From Minisyncoccota bacterium (GTDB taxonomy: Bacteria > Patescibacteriota > Minisyncoccia > Phycocordibacterales > Phycocordibacteraceae): a stretch of 64,000 nucleotides of DNA. The stretch is from positions 48,097-112,096 of the forward strand of contig DASWXP010000002.1 of assembly GCA_036405415.1 (NCBI GenBank). The letters are read 5' to 3'. The notes beneath the pieces are model-generated. The model did not search any database and had not been told where the DNA came from. It worked only from the letters and a program-made list of their open reading frames with translations. The position numbers and the translations under genes were made by a program. This document shows, piece after piece, positions 59,046 to 64,000 of this stretch (positions are counted from its first letter, which is position 1; each line of letters opens with the position of its first letter).

Positions 59046-60038
59046 TTACTCAACGGATGCTTCCTCGTCTTCCGGAGCTACGCCGATACCGAGATCGCGA
59101 TCCGCCTCCACAAGCGTCTGGAGCTTCGAGAGGCGCTGGTCGGCTTCAGTGTAGAGAAGGAGCGCGCCTTTGCGGTCCCCTGCCTCGCGCGCCTCCCATG
59201 CTTCGGCGATGATAACGTTGATCTCAGAAAGCTCCGCGGTGATGGTCTCACGATCGTCTGTGCTGATAGCGGCGGACTGGGTCTCGAGTTCCGTAAGGAG
59301 CGCAGAGATAGATACCTGCGTCTCGGTCGCCTGTTCTGCTACTGAAGTATCGTCCGTAAGCGCAGGCGCGAGCGCATCCACGATCTCCTGCTCGATGTTC
59401 TCGGTCGTAGCGATTCCGGCGTCCACCGATGCGGCGATAGCCGTGAGGTCATCCTTGGTCTCAGGCTTCTGCTCGCCCAAGGTGTCGAGCACGACGCTAT
59501 GCGCCTCAAGCACGGACTGGAGATCCGCGTTCGCCTTGAGCGCGCTGTCCGCGCTTCCGGTCTCGGTGTAATCCCGAACGTCTCCGGATACTTCGGCGAT
59601 GCTCTCAGAGAGCGAGGAAGCGATGAGCGCGGTGGTCTCAGGGTTTGCTTCTTCGCTCGACGCGTACGCGGCGAATTCCTTGAGCCTGCGGTCGGTGCGC
59701 TCGATAGCGAACGCTGTCTTCTCCTCAGGATCGAATGTAAGCGCTGCGCGAGCCGGCTCCGTGATGCGGATCTTCGTACCATAGAGCACATCACCCGGCT
59801 TTGCGGTGTCAGCTGAGACTACTCCCCCGCCACCTACCATTACGAGGACCGCGAGTGCGGTAGCGTAGCGCGCTCCCGGAGCCATGAGCCATGCGTATGG
59901 AGAGCGGACCGGAAGCGGGTTCTTCTCCATGAACGCGAGCACCGTATCGCGGCCCGCTGCCTTCTCGTCGGCACGGAGCGACGTCACCTCAGAGAGGCGC
60001 TCGAGCGAGTCTTCGATGTGGTGGTTGGTGTTGGTCAT
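59046..60038 (-). CDS. Anti-sigma-like membrane protein (DUF5667-type)
   Basis: TM then A.PGD.LY..K...E, RRL.E; ATGA-coupled to the ECF sigma gene. Confidence 0.75.
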   Translation of the reverse strand: MTNTNHHIEDSLERLSEVTSLRADEKAAGRDTVLAFMEKNPLPVRSPYAWLMAPGARYATALAVLVMVGGGGVVSADTAKPGDVLYGTKIRITEPARAALTFDPEEKTAFAIERTDRRLKEFAAYASSEEANPETTALIASSLSESIAEVSGDVRDYTETGSADSALKANADLQSVLEAHSVVLDTLGEQKPETKDDLTAIAASVDAGIATTENIEQEIVDALAPALTDDTSVAEQATETQVSISALLTELETQSAAISTDDRETITAELSEINVIIAEAWEAREAGDRKGALLLYTEADQRLSKLQTLVEADRDLGIGVAPEDEEASVE

Positions 60039-60541
60039 GGTGTGTTTGGTTGCATCTTGTCTTTGAGTTCCTGGATGGCTCGGTGGATGCGTACCGAGAC
60101 CGTATTTGGCATGAGCCCGAGTATCTCTGCTACCTCCTTAACGGCAAGTCCGTTCGTGTAGCGGAGCGTAAGGAGCTCCTGATCTTCGGGACTGAGGTCC
60201 GCGAGGTATCTCATGAGGAGCGATGCTTCCGCAAGGCGCTCAGGGCCCTCGCTCTCGGTATCCTCAGGCTCGAACCCGGATACCGAAAGCTCTTCAAGGG
60301 AAAGAGTCTTCGATCGCACCGCCTCGTTTACGGAAAGATTGCGTGCGGTCTTGTAGAGGAACGCCTTGAGGTTCTCTATCTCGTTCCCGCCGGCGATGTA
60401 TGCCCAGGTCCTCATGAAGGTGTCCTGCATCAGGTCTTTGGCACGCTCGCGGTCCTTTATGCGGAAGACGCAGAAGCGGAATATCTCGTCCGCCAGCTCG
60501 TCATACGCTCGTATGAATGCCTTTTCAGAGATCCTTCCCAT
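60035..60541 (-). CDS. ECF RNA polymerase sigma factor
   Basis: AKDLMQDTF, FLYKTARN, EVAEILG...NTVSVRIHRA; TGTAAC-N17-GTCC promoter-like motif before ATG. Confidence 0.92.
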   Translation of the reverse strand: MGRISEKAFIRAYDELADEIFRFCVFRIKDRERAKDLMQDTFMRTWAYIAGGNEIENLKAFLYKTARNLSVNEAVRSKTLSLEELSVSGFEPEDTESEGPERLAEASLLMRYLADLSPEDQELLTLRYTNGLAVKEVAEILGLMPNTVSVRIHRAIQELKDKMQPNTP

Positions 60542-60699
60542 AGTTAAGGACCGGTGAAGCGGCACTTTGTTACACGCCGGCATCGGTAAGATTTCCGGCA
60601 CCCGCCTGTCCTATTCCTGTCCCCGGTAGCGCACGGGCTGCCAGGCTGGACGGAAATACAGCTAAAACCGTGCATTACCAAGAATCCTACCAGAAATTT

Positions 60700-62499
60700 A
60701 TGATTACTAAGAACACAAAGCTTGCGCAGGCGACCACCGTCGGTCTCATGGCTACCATGGTCCTTTCGGGCACCGGTGCCGCGCTCGCACAGCCGTCCGT
60801 AGCGTCCGCACAGGCCGCAACGGCAACGAGCGTCACGTTTACGCGTGACCTCACGATTGGTTCTTCGGGTGCCGATGTTATCGCGCTCCAGAACTGGCTT
60901 ATCAGCAAGGGCTTTACGATCGCCGCAGGCGCGACTGGCTACTTCGGTGGTCAGACCCAGGCAGCGCTCGCGCGCTACCAGGCATCCGCAGGCATCGCGC
61001 CGGCAGCCGGTTACTTCGGCCCGGTTACCCGTGCCAAGGTGAACGCAGGCACCCCGACTACGCCGACCACCCCTTCCAATCCGGATAACGGTGGCGCGCT
61101 CAAGGGTGACGAGGCAGACCTCAGAGACTTCGACTTCCGCCGCGAGCAGTCCTTGGGCAACGAGGGCGAGGAGGAGGTTGAGATCGCAACCGCAGAGTTC
61201 GACGTCGAGGATGGCGACATCCGCGTCGAGCGTATGGAGATCCTTGTCGAGGGTGCGAACTCCTCCCTTAACATGCAGCCATGGAGGTACTTCGATCGCA
61301 TCGCGGTGCTTGCTGACGGCAAGGAGGTAGCGGATCAGGATGTAGACTCCCGCTCTGACTGGAGCAAGTCCGGCAACGGCTACCGCCTCAACCTTACGGG
61401 CATGAAGCACATCGTCCGCGAGGGCGACACGGCAGAGCTCACGATTGTCGCAGACATCTCTGACAACATCGACACCGCAGACCTCGCGCAGACCTTCACC
61501 TTCCGCATCGCTGATAACGGCATCCGTGCCGTCGATGCAAAGGGCATCCAGCAGTACGTTGGCGAGGATAGCGAGACCGTGTCCTTCGGCTTCGGCGCAG
61601 AGGAGAACGGAGACCTCCGCATCTCCCGCGCAAGCGACAACCCGAAGGCATCGATCCTCGTATCTGACGAGGACCGCGAGTCTGGCGAGTACGAGGTATT
61701 CGTATTCGACATCGAGAACCGCGACGACGTTGATTCTCTCATCACGGATCTTACGATCAACGTGACGGGCATGAACGGCGGCGTGAACGCATCCGATGTT
61801 ATCCGCCGCGCATCCCTTGAGATCGGTCGCGATACCTTCGATGGCGACGTGAACGCATCCACCATCGAGTTCGAGGACATGGATCTCGAGATCGGTGGCG
61901 ACGATGAGGAGACGGCAACGCTTATCGTCCGCCTTGCGCGCTCTGCAACCAGCACCCCGATCGCCTTCTCTGTCGGCGACATCGAGGCTGAGGGCGTAGA
62001 GAGCGGCAACAGCGCAACGGTTGACGGTTCCGCTTCGAGCGAGACCCACACCATCGCTTCTACCGGCGTAGCCCTCGAGTCCGTATCGACCTCGCAGTCG
62101 GTCGTGACCCCGGGTGACGACGCTTCGGCGACCTACGGCACCTTCACCATCAAGTTCGATGTGACGGCGCTCGAGGATGATGCATACATCGCTTCCTCGA
62201 CCGCAGCTACGGGAACCGTAGGCGCGCTCTACGAGATCGGCGCAACCGCCTTCTCGGGCAGCGAGTCTGCAGTCCTCACGTCGACTGCACGCATGGAGAA
62301 CGGCTACTACCTCGTCCGCGAGGGCAGGACCGAGACCTTCACCCTCACGGTGACCCTCAATCCTGACGCAGCTGGTACGTTCGATGTCCGCCTTAAGGAG
62401 GTTCGCTTCAACGATGAGGCTTCCCTCTCAGGCTCGACGACCTTCACGGTCGCAAACGACAGCGACTACCGCACCAACCCGGTCTACATCGCAAACTAG
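60700..62499 (+). CDS. Secreted acidic surface protein with peptidoglycan-binding domain (S-layer-like)
   Basis: Signal peptide; FTRDLTIGS.G.DV..LQ..L, GYFG..T..A PG-binding repeats; beta-rich body. Confidence 0.85.
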   Translation: MITKNTKLAQATTVGLMATMVLSGTGAALAQPSVASAQAATATSVTFTRDLTIGSSGADVIALQNWLISKGFTIAAGATGYFGGQTQAALARYQASAGIAPAAGYFGPVTRAKVNAGTPTTPTTPSNPDNGGALKGDEADLRDFDFRREQSLGNEGEEEVEIATAEFDVEDGDIRVERMEILVEGANSSLNMQPWRYFDRIAVLADGKEVADQDVDSRSDWSKSGNGYRLNLTGMKHIVREGDTAELTIVADISDNIDTADLAQTFTFRIADNGIRAVDAKGIQQYVGEDSETVSFGFGAEENGDLRISRASDNPKASILVSDEDRESGEYEVFVFDIENRDDVDSLITDLTINVTGMNGGVNASDVIRRASLEIGRDTFDGDVNASTIEFEDMDLEIGGDDEETATLIVRLARSATSTPIAFSVGDIEAEGVESGNSATVDGSASSETHTIASTGVALESVSTSQSVVTPGDDASATYGTFTIKFDVTALEDDAYIASSTAATGTVGALYEIGATAFSGSESAVLTSTARMENGYYLVREGRTETFTLTVTLNPDAAGTFDVRLKEVRFNDEASLSGSTTFTVANDSDYRTNPVYIAN

Positions 62500-62513
62500 C
62501 ATCTGCTAGATAG

Positions 62514-62544
62514 CAAAAAGCCCCGCTTCTGCGGGGCTTTTTGC
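62514..62544. terminator. Bidirectional terminator
   Basis: GCAAAAAGCCCCGC-TTCT-GCGGGGCTTTTTGC. Confidence 0.88.
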
Positions 62545-63233
62545 TATGTGTACTCCGTGTAGTACTCGACTTTGATATCATCCACCCATTCGGTGCCCGG
62601 GATAATCGAGATGACCTTTCCGAACACACGAGAATCTTCCTCACGCACGATGATGGGCTTGTACGTGCCGTAGTGATTCTCTGGGTTGAGGTACACCACT
62701 TCATCCACCTTCGTGAAGCGCTTGATTACGGCCATGTTGCCAAGGATCGCGACTACCTTGTCTCCGTCGGTGACGTTCTCCGTCACCTCGACGATCACGT
62801 AATCGCCATTGCGGATACCGGCGTCGATCATGCTGTCTCCAACCGCGCGCACTGCCACGATATTTGTCGCGTTCTTGCGCGCGCCGATCAGGCTCCGGTC
62901 TACGACGATGTACTCCCCAAAGCTCTGCTCCGCGTATACGTCCAAAGCGTCGCATCCCGCAGAAGCGATAACCGGTACCTCGATGAGGTCAGAGGACATC
63001 TGGGACTCCACCCCTTCGATGATCGCGATGCTGCGGTGGCGGAACCGGTCGCGCTTGATAAGTCCCTTGCGCTCGAGCGCCTCGAGCCGCTGCGTCACGC
63101 TTCGGAGCGACTTGAGCGAGAACCGAGCACCGAGCTCGGTAATGGTCGGCGCCTTGCCGTGCTCATGCACGTACTCCTGGATGAACGAGAGCGTTTCCTT
63201 CTGAGCCGGGGTGAGCGCAACGAGCCGAGTCAT
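62544..63233 (-). CDS. lexA: SOS repressor LexA
   Basis: LTPAQ..L.FI, wHTH PT..E, AG cleavage site, GDSM (Ser), IKR (Lys). Confidence 0.9.
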   Translation of the reverse strand: MTRLVALTPAQKETLSFIQEYVHEHGKAPTITELGARFSLKSLRSVTQRLEALERKGLIKRDRFRHRSIAIIEGVESQMSSDLIEVPVIASAGCDALDVYAEQSFGEYIVVDRSLIGARKNATNIVAVRAVGDSMIDAGIRNGDYVIVEVTENVTDGDKVVAILGNMAVIKRFTKVDEVVYLNPENHYGTYKPIIVREEDSRVFGKVISIIPGTEWVDDIKVEYYTEYT

Positions 63234-63335
63234 ACGTACATGCTACATCCCGAGCGTGCATGCGTGAATACACAACCTGTGTCTTTTTCCACACAACATA
63301 CACAACTTTGGGATTTTCGATACAATAGAGAAAGC

Positions 63336-64000
63336 ATGGCTCGTTCCCTCACCACAACGCAATCAATTGAATGTCTTGCAGAAGGCACGTATGCATTCGT
63401 GGACGTCGAGACTACGGGCACGAGCGCCAAGTTTGGACAGATCATCGAGATCGGCATCTTGCGCGTCGAGAACGGTGCCGTTACGGATATGTATCAGACG
63501 CTCCTCAAGCCCGCGCGCCCCCTGCCGCCCATCATCACCTCCATAACCGGCATAACGGACCAGGACCTCGAGGATGCGCCGCCCTTCGAATCTGTGGCAG
63601 GACGTATTGAGGAGCTCCTTCAGGGTGCGGTATTCGTGGCGCACAACGCCGCTTTCGACTATTCCTTCGTGAAGCAGGAGTTCTCGCGCCTCGGGATCCG
63701 CTTCAACGCGAAGACGCTCTGCACCGTAAAGGTATCCCGCATGCTCTACGCTTCCGAAGAGCGGCATAACCTGGACGCGCTCATCGCCAGGCATAGCCTT
63801 GCCATGGAGAATCGCCATCGCGCCTATGACGACGCAGCCGCGCTGATCGAATTCCTGAAGGTCGCAACCAAGGAGCACGGGACAGAAGCTGTACAGGCTG
63901 CTATCGCACGTGCCTTAGGATCTGCCTCTCTCCCTACGACGCTCGACCCAAAGATCGTGAAGGATCTCCCGCACGCGCCCGGCGTCTACATCTTCTACGG
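63336..64000 (+). CDS. DEDDh exonuclease fused to GIY-YIG/UvrC-like domain (runs off window end)
   Basis: FVDVETTG, VAHNAAFD, HRAYDDA, then LPHAPGVYIFY; TACAAT 9 nt before ATG. Confidence 0.88.
   Translation, partial: MARSLTTTQSIECLAEGTYAFVDVETTGTSAKFGQIIEIGILRVENGAVTDMYQTLLKPARPLPPIITSITGITDQDLEDAPPFESVAGRIEELLQGAVFVAHNAAFDYSFVKQEFSRLGIRFNAKTLCTVKVSRMLYASEERHNLDALIARHSLAMENRHRAYDDAAALIEFLKVATKEHGTEAVQAAIARALGSASLPTTLDPKIVKDLPHAPGVYIFY

Overview
A 64 kb stretch of a GC-rich, small-genome bacterial chromosome. By gene content it most resembles Patescibacteria/CPR (Parcubacteria-like); this is inferred from the reduced dcw cluster, short ProS, DUF5667-type anti-sigma factor and lack of central biosynthetic genes. 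The backbone is housekeeping: murA, two mreB, mreC, two PBPs, mraZ-rsmH-ftsL-ftsI-murF, frr, proS, cysS, fmt/def, greA, dnaB, recR, radC, rmuC, rplU/rplI/rpmA, lexA, tRNA-Asn and tRNA-Glu. The most notable observations are: (1) an AT-richer island (~49.4-55.3 kb) with TauD dioxygenase, a SalL/chlorinase-like SAM adenosyltransferase and stand-alone GTP cyclohydrolase II, divergent from an MccF-like S66 peptidase and beside a MazG-like pyrophosphatase, a candidate nucleoside biosynthesis/immunity module; (2) a complete ilvL-like leader-peptide attenuator upstream of an orphan gene; (3) two expression classes, with core genes apparently leaderless (-10 box 6-10 nt from ATG, no SD) and interspersed orphan cassettes carrying strong SD motifs, several with full -35/-10 promoters; (4) a promoter- and terminator-bounded structured ~330 nt putative ncRNA; (5) an outer-membrane beta-barrel-like gene in a presumed monoderm; (6) several unannotated small ORFs. 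All family calls come from motif recognition, not database searches.
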